A stretch of DNA of 43,235 nucleotides from a bacterium (GCA_963644485.1 CAVIOP010000001.1:1-43235), one strand, 5' to 3'. Shown: positions 9,379 to 19,768, counted from the stretch's first letter. Made by a program: numbers and translations. The notes: generated by a model from the sequence alone, not told the origin.

Positions 9379-10542
9379 ATGATAGCACGAATCTTCATAC
9401 CCGTCATCTTGGCCATCGTGTTGCCCGATTTATACATCGACTGGCATCACTGGCGTCGCCGCCACGGTTATGGCTGGTGGCAGCGTGCGCTGTGGTGGAT
9501 GCCGGGGGTGGTGATGCTTGTCTACACCGTGGCACTGGCCACCATCCGCAATTTTGTGCCCGATGACCTGACGTGGGTCAACGTCTACATGATACTCATG
9601 GGACTGGTAGTGGTACCCAAGGCTCTGTTCATGGTCTGTTCAGGCTTCGGTATGCTGTGTTGCCGGCTCAGTGGCGGTCACCGCAACTGGGGAAACCTTT
9701 TGGCGCTGGTGCTCATCGCGTGCAACTGGTATGTGCTGGTCTGCGGCTTCTTGGTTGGCATCGACAGGTTTGAGGTGAAGCGCGTTGACCTCTTTTTTGA
9801 TGACCTGCCGTCCGCTTTCGACGGATACCGCATTGTGCATTTCACGGATGCTCATGTGGGAACACTGGAAACGCGGGACATAGGCTTGCTGAAGCGCGAC
9901 ATCGACAGCATCAACGCTCAGCATGCCGACCTCATCGCCTTTACTGGCGACTTGCAGAACATACGTCCACAGGAGATACAGTGCGCACAGGGAATGCTGT
10001 CAACGCTAAGGGCACGCGATGGTGTCGTCTCCGTCCTGGGCAATCATGACTACAGCAAGTATGTGCACGAGGGGCCTGCTGTCGAAGCTGCCAACAGGGC
10101 AGAGACCATTGCCCGCGAGAGGCAATGCGGCTGGCGACTGCTGCTCAACGAGCATTTTGTCATCCGGCGGGGGCAAGACTCCATCGTGATTGCAGGCGAA
10201 CAGAACTTTGGCGACCCCGACAGTGCCGACTTCCAGAAGACCATGTGTGGAGTGGGAGAGCAGGCCTTTACCATCATGTTGCAGCATAATCCCGCCGCAT
10301 GGGACAAGACCATCGTGCCAACAGGCCGTGTGGCACTCACGCTCAGCGGCCACACGCATGGCGGCCAGATGTCCGTCTTCGGATGGCGGCCCACCCGTCT
10401 GACCTATGCCGAGGACTATGGGCATTATGTCAAGGGAAAAAGCCAGCTTGTCGTGTCGTCGGGCTTGGGCGGACTGGTGCCCTTCCGCTTCGGCATGCCG
10501 CCCGAAATAGTAGTGATAACCTTACATAAAATACGAAAATGA
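9379..10542 (+). CDS. Membrane-anchored metallophosphoesterase (YkuE/YaeI-like)
   Basis: N-terminal TM helices; calcineurin-like motifs DAH, GD, GNHD, H and SGHTHGGQ. Confidence 0.88.
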   Translation: MIARIFIPVILAIVLPDLYIDWHHWRRRHGYGWWQRALWWMPGVVMLVYTVALATIRNFVPDDLTWVNVYMILMGLVVVPKALFMVCSGFGMLCCRLSGGHRNWGNLLALVLIACNWYVLVCGFLVGIDRFEVKRVDLFFDDLPSAFDGYRIVHFTDAHVGTLETRDIGLLKRDIDSINAQHADLIAFTGDLQNIRPQEIQCAQGMLSTLRARDGVVSVLGNHDYSKYVHEGPAVEAANRAETIARERQCGWRLLLNEHFVIRRGQDSIVIAGEQNFGDPDSADFQKTMCGVGEQAFTIMLQHNPAAWDKTIVPTGRVALTLSGHTHGGQMSVFGWRPTRLTYAEDYGHYVKGKSQLVVSSGLGGLVPFRFGMPPEIVVITLHKIRK

Positions 10543-11297
10543 AATTCCTCTATCGTCTTTATCAGCTTTGCATCGTGCTGCCTCTCTTCCTGTTGGCGTC
10601 AGTCGTAACGGCTCTGACAACAGTTGTCGGATGCCTTGCGGGTAACGGACATTTCTGGGGCTATTACCCAGGGAAGTACTGGTCGCGCCTGATTGTGCAC
10701 CTGTTGTTTCTGCCTGTCAAGGTGGAGGGACGCGAAAATCTGCGCGACGGGCAGTCGTATGTCTTTGTGGCCAATCATCAGGGAGCGTTCGACATCTTCT
10801 TGATTTATGGCTTTCTGAATCGTAATTTCAAGTGGATGATGAAGCGGTCATTGCGCAAGGTGCCCCTCGTGGGCATGGCCTGTGCTTATGCCCACCACAT
10901 CTTTGTGGACCGGAGTGGCGTGTCGAAAATCAAGGCTACCTATGACGAGGCGCGGGACGTGCTGCGCGATGGCATGTCGCTGGTGGTCTTCCCCGAAGGC
11001 GCCCGTACGTTCACGGGGCACATGGGCAAGTTCCGCCGTGGCGCGTTCATGCTTGCCGACGAACTGCAGTTGCCCGTCTGCCCGCTGACCATCAACGGTT
11101 CCTTCAATGTCATGCCGCGCACACGCGACTGGCATTGGGTGACGTGGCACCCACTCACGCTCACCATCCACAAGCCCATTGAGCAGAAAGGAAAGGGGCG
11201 CGAGTTTGAGAAGGAAATGGAGGCATCCAGCTATCAGACCATCATGGACGGTCTGGTGTCCGAATACCAGGGGTATGTCGAAAATACAGACCAATAA
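10539..11297 (+). CDS. 1-acyl-sn-glycerol-3-phosphate / lysophospholipid acyltransferase (PlsC family)
   Basis: NHQGAFD (HxxxxD), FVDR and FPEGAR motifs. Confidence 0.9.
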   Translation: MKFLYRLYQLCIVLPLFLLASVVTALTTVVGCLAGNGHFWGYYPGKYWSRLIVHLLFLPVKVEGRENLRDGQSYVFVANHQGAFDIFLIYGFLNRNFKWMMKRSLRKVPLVGMACAYAHHIFVDRSGVSKIKATYDEARDVLRDGMSLVVFPEGARTFTGHMGKFRRGAFMLADELQLPVCPLTINGSFNVMPRTRDWHWVTWHPLTLTIHKPIEQKGKGREFEKEMEASSYQTIMDGLVSEYQGYVENTDQ

Positions 11298-11426
11298 TCC
11301 CGTTTTGCCATGACATGTCGGAGAAGAATGCGGGCCATGTCAGAGAGTGGACATGGCGCACTGGAAATTTCTCGACAATATCCCTATTTTGTATTGGAAA
11401 GATTTGGGACTTCTTCCATTATTTTA

Positions 11427-11434
11427 TAATTTTG
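11427..11434 (+). promoter_or_regulatory. -7 promoter element (TAATTTTG)
   Basis: TAnnTTTG followed by CA in an AT-rich intergenic region upstream of the GT2-mfd-SSS operon. Confidence 0.6.
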
Positions 11435-11489
11435 CAAGAAAAGGAGTGCCTGCTGACGGGCACGTTCACGAATATATCTACTATTTAAT

Positions 11490-12239
11490 ATGCATGACAG
11501 TGATTCGATAGTTATCATTCCCACATACAACGAGAAAGAGAACATGGAGAAAATTATACGTGCGGTCTTCTCGTTGGACAAGTGCTTCCACATCCTGGTC
11601 ATTGATGACGGCAGCCCCGACGGCACTGCTGATATTGTGAAAAGGCTGATGCACGACGAATTTGCCGACCGGTTGTTTCTCGTGGAGCGTTCTGGCAAGC
11701 AAGGACTCGGTACCGCTTACATCACGGGGTTTAAGTGGGCAATGGAGCGCCAGTATGAGTATGTCTTTGAGATGGACGCCGACTTCAGCCACAATCCCAA
11801 CGACTTGCCGCGTCTCTATGCCGCTTGCCACGATGATGGAGCCGATGTGGCAGTGGGGTCACGCTACATCACGGGAGTGAATGTGGTCAACTGGCCGATG
11901 GGCCGCGTGCTGATGAGCTATTTTGCATCACAGTATGTGCGCTTTGTGACAGGCATCAACGTGCACGACACCACTGCCGGCTTCGTGTGTTATCGCCGCC
12001 GGGTGCTCGAGACGATAGAGTTCGACAAGATCCGTTTCAAGGGTTACGCCTTCCAGATTGAAATGAAATATACCGCCTATCGCATCGGTTTCAAGATCAA
12101 GGAGGTGTCAGTGATCTTCGTCAACCGCAAGGAAGGCACCAGCAAGATGAGCGGAGGCATCTTCAGCGAAGCGCTTTTCGGTGTCATGAGACTGAGGCTT
12201 GACGGGTGGTTCCGCAACTATCCAAAGATAAAGCATTGA
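11490..12239 (+). CDS. Polyprenol monophosphomannose synthase (GT2, DPM1-like)
   Basis: IIPTYNE, DDGSPDGT, GLGTAY, EMDADFSH, GSRY and GYAFQIE motifs. Confidence 0.9.
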   Translation: MHDSDSIVIIPTYNEKENMEKIIRAVFSLDKCFHILVIDDGSPDGTADIVKRLMHDEFADRLFLVERSGKQGLGTAYITGFKWAMERQYEYVFEMDADFSHNPNDLPRLYAACHDDGADVAVGSRYITGVNVVNWPMGRVLMSYFASQYVRFVTGINVHDTTAGFVCYRRRVLETIEFDKIRFKGYAFQIEMKYTAYRIGFKIKEVSVIFVNRKEGTSKMSGGIFSEALFGVMRLRLDGWFRNYPKIKH

Positions 12240-15200
12240 ATTTAGACGACGTTCAGAAACTCTATGGCACCTTGCCCCAGGCAGGTGCCATGCTCCATTT
12301 GCTGGAAGACAGATCGGTGAGAGACGTTTTCCTGCAGGGACTATTGGCTTCTTCCGCCCCCATGCTTTTTGGTGCGGTGGCCCGGCGTTTGCGCCGCGAT
12401 GTGGTGTTTGTGTTGGCTGACGCTGATGAGGCAGGCTATTTTTACAATGATCTCAACGGCCAGTCGGCCGGCGGTGCACAACCGTCGGAGCCCACGTTCA
12501 CCCAGCCTTATGAACCCCTGTTCTTTCCCTCCAGCTATCGCCGGGCCGTCAAATATGGACAGCACGATGCCGCCAATAGCATTCTGCGCACTGAGGTGCT
12601 GGCCAAGGTGGCGGCACACGCCCCGTCAGCGACGGCCGGACCGCGTGAGGAACATCGCCCGCTGTTCATAGTGACCTATCCCGAAGCACTGGCCGAGCTG
12701 GTCGTGTCGCAGACGCATCTCGATGAGCGGCGCCTGTCGCTGAAGGTGCAACAGACCATCGGCATCACGGATCTGGAGCACCGTCTGCTCGACTTGGGCT
12801 TCAAGGAGGTCGACTATGTCTATGAACCCGGACAGTTTGCCATGCGCGGAAGCATACTCGACATCTACTCATTCTCCAGCGAATTGCCGTTCCGTATCGA
12901 TTTCTTTGGCGATGAGGTGGATACTATCCGCACGTTTACGGTGGAGGACCAGTTGTCGAAAGACCGCAAGACGGAAATCGAAATAGTGCCCGAGCTGGCA
13001 TCGACGACCGCCCAAAAGGTGCCCTTCCTGGAGTTTCTGCCCGACGATGCCGTGCTGGCGCTGAAAGACATGGCCTTTGTGCGCGACACCGTCGAGCGCA
13101 TCTACAACGAAGGCTTTTCCTCGCAGGCACTCACCGAACGTCTCGAAGGGGCAACAGAGATGGAGCAGGAGCAGATACGCCGCGACATGACGCGCGACAT
13201 GAACCTTTGCACATCGACCTGTTTCATGCGCGACACCAAGCGTTTCCAACATGTCTTTTTCGGTCCTTCGGTGACCGACGGTCAGTCTTCGTCTGACACC
13301 CAGGGCTGCACGGGCAGCCGTGAAAGTGTGCACGTCAGCTTTCATACCACTCCCCAACCCCTATTCCACAAGAACTTTGACCTTCTCCGACAGGCCCTTG
13401 AGGATTATCTCCTCCAGGGATATAAAATCTATATCCTGGCTGACAGCGCGAAGCAGCAGGAACGCTTGAAGGATATCTTCGATGAGACGGGTGCCGATCC
13501 GGAGCGTTCCGTCTCCAACGCCCAACGCTCGCGCATCACGTTTACGCCCGTCAGCAAGACCGTGCACGAGGGATTTGCCGACAACGACCTGCGAGTATGT
13601 TTCTTCACCGACCACCAGATCTTCGATCGTTTCCACAAGTACAACCTCAAGTCCGACAGTGCACGGGCAGGAAAGATGGCCCTCACGATGAAGGAGCTGC
13701 AGGAGATGGAGCCAGGCGACTACATCGTACATGTGGACCTCGGCATCGGCAAGTTTGGCGGTTTGGTGCGCGTGCCCACGTCTGATGGTACCTATCAGGA
13801 GGTCATCCGCATCATCTACCAAAACAATGATAAGGTAGACGTCTCCATCCATTCGCTCTACAAGATATCCAAGTATAGGCGCAGCGATACAGGCGAGCCG
13901 CCCCGCCTGAGCACGCTTGGCACCGGTGCATGGGAACGCCTGAAGGAGAAGACCAAGAAGAAAATCAAGGATATCGCACGAGACCTCATCCGTCTCTATG
14001 CCAAGCGCCGTCATGAGAAAGGATATGCCTTTTCGCCCGACAATTTCATGCAGCACGAGCTTGAGGCCAGCTTCCTCTATGAGGATACACCCGACCAGCT
14101 CCGCACCACGCAGGAGGTGAAGGTCGACATGGAGCGTGCCCAGCCCATGGATCGGCTGGTCTGCGGTGACGTGGGCTTCGGAAAGACCGAGATAGCGGTG
14201 CGTGCCGCGTTCAAGGCCGCATGCGATTCCAAGCAGGTGGCGCTCCTGGTGCCCACCACGGTATTGGCCTACCAGCATTACCAGACGTTTCGGTCCCGTC
14301 TGAAGGACTTCCCCGTTAGGGTCGACTACCTGTCGCGCGCCCGCTCTGCCAAGCAGACCAAGCAGGTGTTGGACGACCTGGAGGCGGGTAGGGTGGACAT
14401 CATCGTGGGTACGCACAAGCTCTTGGGAAAGAATGTGAAATGGCACGACTTGGGACTGCTCATCATCGACGAGGAACAGAAATTCGGCGTGTCGACCAAG
14501 GAAAAGCTCCGGAAGCTGAAGACCAACATAGACACACTCACCATGTCGGCTACACCCATCCCGCGCACCCTGCAGTTCTCACTCATGGGTGCCCGCGACA
14601 TGAGCATCATCCGTACACCGCCACCCAACCGATATCCCATCCACACCGAAATATGCACCTTTGAGGGAAGCGTCATCGCCGAGGCCATCAACTTCGAGAT
14701 GAGCCGCAACGGTCAGGTCTACTTCGTGAGCGACCGCATAGCCGGTCTGCAGCACATCGCTGAGGTGATACACAAATATGTGCCCGATGCCCGTGTGGCA
14801 ATCGGACACGGACAGATGCCTCCCGAAAAGCTGGAGGAGATCATCATGGGCTTCATCAACTACGACTATGACGTGCTGCTCTCCACCACCATCGTGGAGA
14901 ACGGAATCGACATCCCCAACGCCAACACCATCATCATCAACGACGCCCACCATTTCGGCCTCTCCGACCTGCACCAGATGCGCGGCCGTGTGGGCCGCAG
15001 CAACCGCAAGGCGTTCTGCTACCTCATGGCACCACCCCGTAGTGTGCTCACGCCCGAGGCCCGCCGGCGTCTTGAGGCCTTGGAGACCTTCTCCGAATTG
15101 GGCAGCGGCTTCAGCTTGGCCATGCAGGACCTTGATATCCGCGGAGCGGGCAATCTCTTGGGTGCAGAGCAGAGCGGATTCATGGAGGACTTGGGCTACG

Positions 15201-15772
15201 AGACCTATCAGAAGATACTCAATCAGGCCGTGACGGAACTGAAGAACGACGAGTTCGCTGATATCTATGCACAGGACATCGCCCAGGGCAAGGAGGTGTC
15301 GGGCGACGAGTTTGTGGAGGACTGTGCGGTCGACAGCGACCTGCAGATGTATTTCCCCGAGACCTATGTCCCAGGAAGTGCAGAGCGCATGCTGCTCTAC
15401 CGCGAGCTCGACAGCATCGACCGCGACGAGGCGCTCGACGCCTACCGCAAACGGTTGGAAGACCGCTTCGGTCCTGTGCCCCAAGAGGGTGAGGAACTGA
15501 TGCAGGTGGTGACGCTCCGGCGTGTGGGAAAGCGGTTGGGCTGCGAGAAAATCGTGTTGCGTCACGGCCTTATGAACCTTCAGTTTGTCTCCTGGCAAGA
15601 CAGTCCGTTCTACCAGAGCAAGGCCTTCGGCCGCATCATACACTTCGTGATGGCCAACCCCCGCCGTTGTCAGTTCAAGGACTCGCACGGCCATCGCCTC
15701 ATCCAGGTGAAGGAGGTGCCGTCGGTGGCCAGTGCCGTGGCTTTGCTTCGTCAAATGGAAAGACAAGAATGA
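12236..15772 (+). CDS. mfd: Transcription-repair coupling factor
   Basis: UvrB-homology region (RGSILDIYS), CarD/RID, helicase motifs GDVGFGKT, DEEQ, SATPIPRT and QMRGRVGR, then TRG and TRCF domains. Start probably the TTG at 12236 overlapping the upstream TGA (uncertain). Confidence 0.95.
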   Translation: MNLDDVQKLYGTLPQAGAMLHLLEDRSVRDVFLQGLLASSAPMLFGAVARRLRRDVVFVLADADEAGYFYNDLNGQSAGGAQPSEPTFTQPYEPLFFPSSYRRAVKYGQHDAANSILRTEVLAKVAAHAPSATAGPREEHRPLFIVTYPEALAELVVSQTHLDERRLSLKVQQTIGITDLEHRLLDLGFKEVDYVYEPGQFAMRGSILDIYSFSSELPFRIDFFGDEVDTIRTFTVEDQLSKDRKTEIEIVPELASTTAQKVPFLEFLPDDAVLALKDMAFVRDTVERIYNEGFSSQALTERLEGATEMEQEQIRRDMTRDMNLCTSTCFMRDTKRFQHVFFGPSVTDGQSSSDTQGCTGSRESVHVSFHTTPQPLFHKNFDLLRQALEDYLLQGYKIYILADSAKQQERLKDIFDETGADPERSVSNAQRSRITFTPVSKTVHEGFADNDLRVCFFTDHQIFDRFHKYNLKSDSARAGKMALTMKELQEMEPGDYIVHVDLGIGKFGGLVRVPTSDGTYQEVIRIIYQNNDKVDVSIHSLYKISKYRRSDTGEPPRLSTLGTGAWERLKEKTKKKIKDIARDLIRLYAKRRHEKGYAFSPDNFMQHELEASFLYEDTPDQLRTTQEVKVDMERAQPMDRLVCGDVGFGKTEIAVRAAFKAACDSKQVALLVPTTVLAYQHYQTFRSRLKDFPVRVDYLSRARSAKQTKQVLDDLEAGRVDIIVGTHKLLGKNVKWHDLGLLIIDEEQKFGVSTKEKLRKLKTNIDTLTMSATPIPRTLQFSLMGARDMSIIRTPPPNRYPIHTEICTFEGSVIAEAINFEMSRNGQVYFVSDRIAGLQHIAEVIHKYVPDARVAIGHGQMPPEKLEEIIMGFINYDYDVLLSTTIVENGIDIPNANTIIINDAHHFGLSDLHQMRGRVGRSNRKAFCYLMAPPRSVLTPEARRRLEALETFSELGSGFSLAMQDLDIRGAGNLLGAEQSGFMEDLGYETYQKILNQAVTELKNDEFADIYAQDIAQGKEVSGDEFVEDCAVDSDLQMYFPETYVPGSAERMLLYRELDSIDRDEALDAYRKRLEDRFGPVPQEGEELMQVVTLRRVGKRLGCEKIVLRHGLMNLQFVSWQDSPFYQSKAFGRIIHFVMANPRRCQFKDSHGHRLIQVKEVPSVASAVALLRQMERQE

Positions 15773-17205
15773 ACATACTTCTGACGGTCGTCGTTTATTT
15801 CTTTGCGTTGTTTGTCGTGAGTCGGTTTACCGCCCGGCGCTCGACCAACGACGCTTTCTATCGGGCCAACAGGTGTTCGCCATGGTATATGGTGGCGTTT
15901 GGCATGGTTGGGGCGTCCATCTCGGGTGTCACCTTCGTGTCGGTGCCCGGCATGGTGATGAAGACGCAGATGACCTATATGCAGACCTGCTTGGGTTTCA
16001 TTGTGGGATATTTTGTTGTGGCGTTCTTCTTGCTGCCTGTCTACTACAAGTTGAACCTGACCACCATCTATACCTATCTGGGCCGCCGTCTGGGCCGCCG
16101 GTCCTACAAGACGGGCGCATGGTTCTTCCTCGTGTCGAAGATGACGGGCGCCGCAGTGCGCTTCTATGTGGTCTGCATCATCCTGCAGCGTTTCGTGCTC
16201 GACGGTTGGGGTGTTCCTTTCCCGCTGACGGTGGTCGTCATGGTGGCGCTTATCTGGCTCTACACCCGTCGGGGAGGCGTGAAGACATTGGTCTGGACCG
16301 ACGCCTTCCAGACCTTTTGCATGTTTGCTGCGCTGGTGCTCATCATCATCCATGTGGAGGGAGCCCTGGATATGACGGTGCCTGAGGCGCTGTCGGCTGT
16401 GGCAGCCGACAGCCATTCGCGGATGTTTGTAATGGACGACTGGGTGTCGAAGCAAAACTTCTGGAAGCAGTTTCTCAGCGGCGTGTTCATCGTAATCGTG
16501 ATGACTGGCCTCGACCAGGATATGATGCAGAAGAACCTGACGTGCAAGACCTTGCACGAGGCACAGAAAGACATGTGTACCTATGGCTTTGCTTTTGTGC
16601 CGGCCAATCTGCTGTTCATGTGCCTGGGCGTGTTGCTGGTGCTTCTGGCCCAGCGTCAGGGTGTGCCGCTTCCTCAGTCGGGCGATGAGCTGCTGCCCCT
16701 CTTTGCCGCCACGGGTCGGCTGGGGTCAGCGGTGGTAGTGCTCTTCACGGTGGGCATCGTGGCCGCCTCGTTCAGCAGTGCCGATTCTGCACTGACTTCG
16801 CTCACCACCAGTTATTGTGTCGACATCTGCGGGCGCAACGACGACGAACGTCTCCGCAAACGGGCACATGTAGGCGTGGCGGTGGTTTTCGTTTTGTTTA
16901 TCCTGGCCTTCCGCGTTATCAATTCCACCAGCGTCATCGATGCCATCTACATCCTTTGTTCTTACACCTATGGTCCGTTGCTGGGCCTGTTCGCCTATGG
17001 GCTTCTCACAAGAAGAGGCGTCAACGACCGGGTCGTACCCTATGTCGCTGTCGCCTCTCCTGTGTTGTGTTATGTGCTCAATGATGTCGTGGGCCGCACC
17101 ACGGGCTATCAGTTTGGCTATGAACTGCTGATGCTCAACGGTGCGCTGACCTTCGCAGGACTGTGGGTGAGCAGGCAGCATCATGGAGCACATCGGCCTC
17201 AATAA
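15769..17205 (+). CDS. Sodium:solute symporter (SSS family)
   Basis: About 13 TM segments; ISGVTFVSVPG, GGVKTLVWTD, GLDQDMMQK and SSADSALTSL motifs; ATGA overlap with mfd. Confidence 0.9.
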   Translation: MNILLTVVVYFFALFVVSRFTARRSTNDAFYRANRCSPWYMVAFGMVGASISGVTFVSVPGMVMKTQMTYMQTCLGFIVGYFVVAFFLLPVYYKLNLTTIYTYLGRRLGRRSYKTGAWFFLVSKMTGAAVRFYVVCIILQRFVLDGWGVPFPLTVVVMVALIWLYTRRGGVKTLVWTDAFQTFCMFAALVLIIIHVEGALDMTVPEALSAVAADSHSRMFVMDDWVSKQNFWKQFLSGVFIVIVMTGLDQDMMQKNLTCKTLHEAQKDMCTYGFAFVPANLLFMCLGVLLVLLAQRQGVPLPQSGDELLPLFAATGRLGSAVVVLFTVGIVAASFSSADSALTSLTTSYCVDICGRNDDERLRKRAHVGVAVVFVLFILAFRVINSTSVIDAIYILCSYTYGPLLGLFAYGLLTRRGVNDRVVPYVAVASPVLCYVLNDVVGRTTGYQFGYELLMLNGALTFAGLWVSRQHHGAHRPQ

Positions 17206-17294
17206 GCCAATAATTTAAGGGCATCTTTATTTTTTAACACTTCATTAACAACTATTAAGCGCACTAATATTCTTCATTTCTCACAGTAAATTGC

Positions 17295-17302
17295 TAACTT
17301 TG
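17295..17302 (+). promoter_or_regulatory. -7 promoter element (TAACTTTG) for the TA-like pair
   Basis: TAnnTTTG 29 nt upstream of ATG 17332. Confidence 0.6.
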
Positions 17303-17331
17303 CTCTCACAGTATTATCAATAAGTAAGGAC

Positions 17332-17583
17332 ATGCCAGAAATTGCCCGTTTTTATGGAATTATAATAAAAATGTTCTTTAAACCTAAAGAGCATGAACCT
17401 TCTCATATACATGCCATTTACAACGAATACGTAGGATTATTCAATATAAAGACATTCGAAATGTTCGAAGGCGACTTGCCAAAGAAGGCTCAAGAATTAG
17501 TAACAGAATGGCTCTCATTACACTCTGAAGAACTTCAGAACATGTGGGACAAACAAATAATAACAAAACTGCCTCCATTATGA
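17332..17583 (+). CDS. DUF4160 family protein (putative toxin, HicA-like)
   Basis: MPEIARFYGIIIKMF...EHEPSHIHA...GDLP...W...EL...W...I.KLPPL is the DUF4160 pattern; low GC. Confidence 0.85.
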   Translation: MPEIARFYGIIIKMFFKPKEHEPSHIHAIYNEYVGLFNIKTFEMFEGDLPKKAQELVTEWLSLHSEELQNMWDKQIITKLPPL

Positions 17584-17828
17584 TACCAAGAATCAAAAAA
17601 CTGTCGGCTCTTGACAATTACATGCTTTATGTAGAATTCGACGATGGATACAAAGTTGTGTACGACGTGATGGATGACATTAAAACCCTTCCTTCATTTC
17701 GTGCATTGCAAGATGTGCATGGCTTGTTCAAACAGGCACAATTAGACACAAGCCGGACTTGCGTATATTGGAACGATGAAATAGACCTTGCCAGTGACAG
17801 TATTTATGAATATGGAAAAGTGGCATGA
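17580..17828 (+). CDS. DUF2442 family protein (putative antitoxin, NE0471 N-terminal-like)
   Basis: Y.L.VEFDDG...YD, F..L....LF and VYWNDEIDLASDSIYE; ATGA overlap with the DUF4160 gene. Confidence 0.82.
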   Translation: MIPRIKKLSALDNYMLYVEFDDGYKVVYDVMDDIKTLPSFRALQDVHGLFKQAQLDTSRTCVYWNDEIDLASDSIYEYGKVA

Positions 17829-17963
17829 ATCTTAAGCCCGCAGATAAAATACGAAAACATGCGCATCATTGGACATCAATTATAGGAAAATCGCATATCG
17901 TAGACATCCATTACAATGCAACAATTTTGAGAAACTTTTATATCACAGAAGTTCTTTGAATAT

Positions 17964-18012
17964 ATCAAGGGGCAGTAACAACTTCCGTTAAGAGTTGTCG
18001 CTGCCCCTTGAT
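17964..18012. terminator. Hairpin terminator downstream of trxB
   Basis: ATCAAGGGGCAG..ACAACT / AGTTGT..CTGCCCCTTGAT inverted repeat, 27 nt past the trxB stop. Confidence 0.7.
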
Positions 18013-18038
18013 GCATATCAGGCCTTTAGCCGTTTCTT

Positions 18039-18968
18039 TTACCGGTTGAGGAACCATTGCGCCTCGAGCGCTGCCTTGCAGCCCGATGCGGCAGCCACGA
18101 TGGCCTGGCGGTAGAGTGGGTCGGCACAGTCGCCGGCCGCAAAGACGCCAGCTACGCTGGTGCGTGGCGATGCACCCTCGGTCTTGATGTAGCCCACTCC
18201 GTCCATGTCTACCTTGCCTCGGAAGATGTCGGTGTTGGGCTTGTGGCCGATGGCCAGGAAGAAACCGTCGATGGGCAGATCGTACTGCTTCTCGTCTGCT
18301 TCGCCCTTGCGCCATACCACATGGGCTCCCTCCACGCCATTGTCACCATAGAGACCCAGTGTGTTGGTCTCGTAGAGTATTTCGATTTTCGGGTTTTCTT
18401 CCACACGCTTGCGCATGATGTCAGAAGCGCGCAGGTAGGGCTTGCGCACGATCATGTACACCTTCTTGCACAGTCCGGCCAGATAGGTTGCCTCCTCGCA
18501 GGCCGTGTCGCCGCCGCCCACGACGGCCACCACTTTCTTGCGATAGAAAAATCCGTCGCAAGTGGCGCAGGCCGATACACCCTGTCCGTTGTATTTCTTC
18601 TCGTCGTCCAGTCCCAGGTACTTGGCTGAGGCGCCTGTGGCGATGATGATGGTGTCAGCCTCCACCTGGTCGCCACGGTCGGTGGTGACCACATAGGGAC
18701 GCTTCGTGAGGTCAACGTCGGTGATGATGCCGTCGCGTATGTCGGCACCGAAGCGTTCTGCCTGCTGCCTGATCTCCATCATCATCTGGTTGGCATCGAC
18801 TCCCTCAGGGTATCCGGGGAAGTTTTCCACGAGGGTGGTTTGGGTCAGTTGGCCGCCAGTCTGTATGCCACAGTACTCGATGGGGCTTAGGTTGGCCCGT
18901 CCGGCATAGATGGCTGCCGTGTATCCGGCGGGGCCGCTGCCGATGATAAGACACTTGGTATGTTCCAT
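18039..18968 (-). CDS. trxB: Thioredoxin-disulfide reductase
   Basis: GSGPAG, GGQL, VENFPG, CATCDG and GGGDTA motifs. Confidence 0.96.
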   Translation of the reverse strand: MEHTKCLIIGSGPAGYTAAIYAGRANLSPIEYCGIQTGGQLTQTTLVENFPGYPEGVDANQMMMEIRQQAERFGADIRDGIITDVDLTKRPYVVTTDRGDQVEADTIIIATGASAKYLGLDDEKKYNGQGVSACATCDGFFYRKKVVAVVGGGDTACEEATYLAGLCKKVYMIVRKPYLRASDIMRKRVEENPKIEILYETNTLGLYGDNGVEGAHVVWRKGEADEKQYDLPIDGFFLAIGHKPNTDIFRGKVDMDGVGYIKTEGASPRTSVAGVFAAGDCADPLYRQAIVAAASGCKAALEAQWFLNR

Positions 18969-18992
18969 GTTCTTTAGGGATAGGGGCGATGG

Positions 18993-19544
18993 TTAGGCCA
19001 GGAGTTCCTCTATATCCTTGGCGATAGTCTCGATCTTCTCTGTGGGCTCATAGCGCTTCACGACCTGTCCCTTCTTGCTGACGAGGAACTTGGTGAAGTT
19101 CCATTTGATGTCGGGCGTCTCGCGCCAGTCGGGAGCGGCCTTGTCGAGCAGGTCCACTAGCACGGGAGCTGTCTGATGGGTCATGTCGAAGCCGGCAAAG
19201 CCCTTCTGCTCCTTGAGAAACTGGAACAGGGGGTCGGCATCGGGGCCGTTGACCTTTACCTTCTTGAACCGTGGGAATTCGGTGCCGTAGGTGAGCTTGC
19301 AGAACTCGTGGATCTTCTCGTCTGTGCCCGGTGCCTGCTGGCCAAACTGGTTGCAGGGGAAGTCGAGAATTTCGAATCCTTGTGAGTGATACTTCTCATA
19401 GAGCGCCTCCAGCTCGGTGTAGGTGGGGGTAAAACCGCACTTTGTAGCTGTGTTGACAATGAGGAGCACCTCATTGGAATATTCCTTGAGTGAAACGGTG
19501 CCACCTTTGCGGTCTTTGACCGAAAACTCGTAAACAGTTCTCAT
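18993..19544 (-). CDS. Glutathione peroxidase family protein (Cys type)
   Basis: NTATKCGFT, FPCNQFGQQAPG and IKWNFTKFLV motifs. Confidence 0.93.
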   Translation of the reverse strand: MRTVYEFSVKDRKGGTVSLKEYSNEVLLIVNTATKCGFTPTYTELEALYEKYHSQGFEILDFPCNQFGQQAPGTDEKIHEFCKLTYGTEFPRFKKVKVNGPDADPLFQFLKEQKGFAGFDMTHQTAPVLVDLLDKAAPDWRETPDIKWNFTKFLVSKKGQVVKRYEPTEKIETIAKDIEELLA

Positions 19545-19585
19545 TTTTTTGTTTCTTTGATTTGTTATGTTGTGTAATCAGTATG

Positions 19586-19593
19586 CAAAAATA
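19586..19593 (-). promoter_or_regulatory. -7 promoter element (TATTTTTG) for gpx-trxB
   Basis: Reverse complement of CAAAAATA, ~40 nt upstream of the gpx start. Confidence 0.55.
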
Positions 19594-19768
19594 CGAAAAT
19601 AGGAGGAGAATAATGTTTTTGCGGTGAAGGTTTTTTCAAGAATTAAAGATATTTATGGATGCGTGCCATGAGGATGTGCTCCTACACAGTCGTGTTTCCC
19701 CATGATGGGATAGGGATTTTCCCTGGAAGAATAGGAACATAACGCTTGCATGAGCGGAGAAGAATGAC

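Noticed and set aside
11334..11357. GCCATGTC/GACATGGC hairpin after the acyltransferase
   Set aside because: An 8-bp stem with no U-tract; not enough to call a terminator.
13361..15766. Long antisense ORFs (361 and 395 aa opposite mfd; likewise 20017-21177, 26709-27902, 37321-38694, 38850-39995)
   Set aside because: Shadow ORFs caused by GC-rich codon bias on the coding strand; no recognisable motifs.
17853..17915. Imperfect direct repeat (CGCAT...GACATC.ATTA) downstream of the TA pair
   Set aside because: Two degenerate copies in AT-rich DNA; too weak to call an att site or array.
18993..19544. Selenocysteine glutathione peroxidase
   Set aside because: The active-site residue is an ordinary Cys codon in an uninterrupted ORF.
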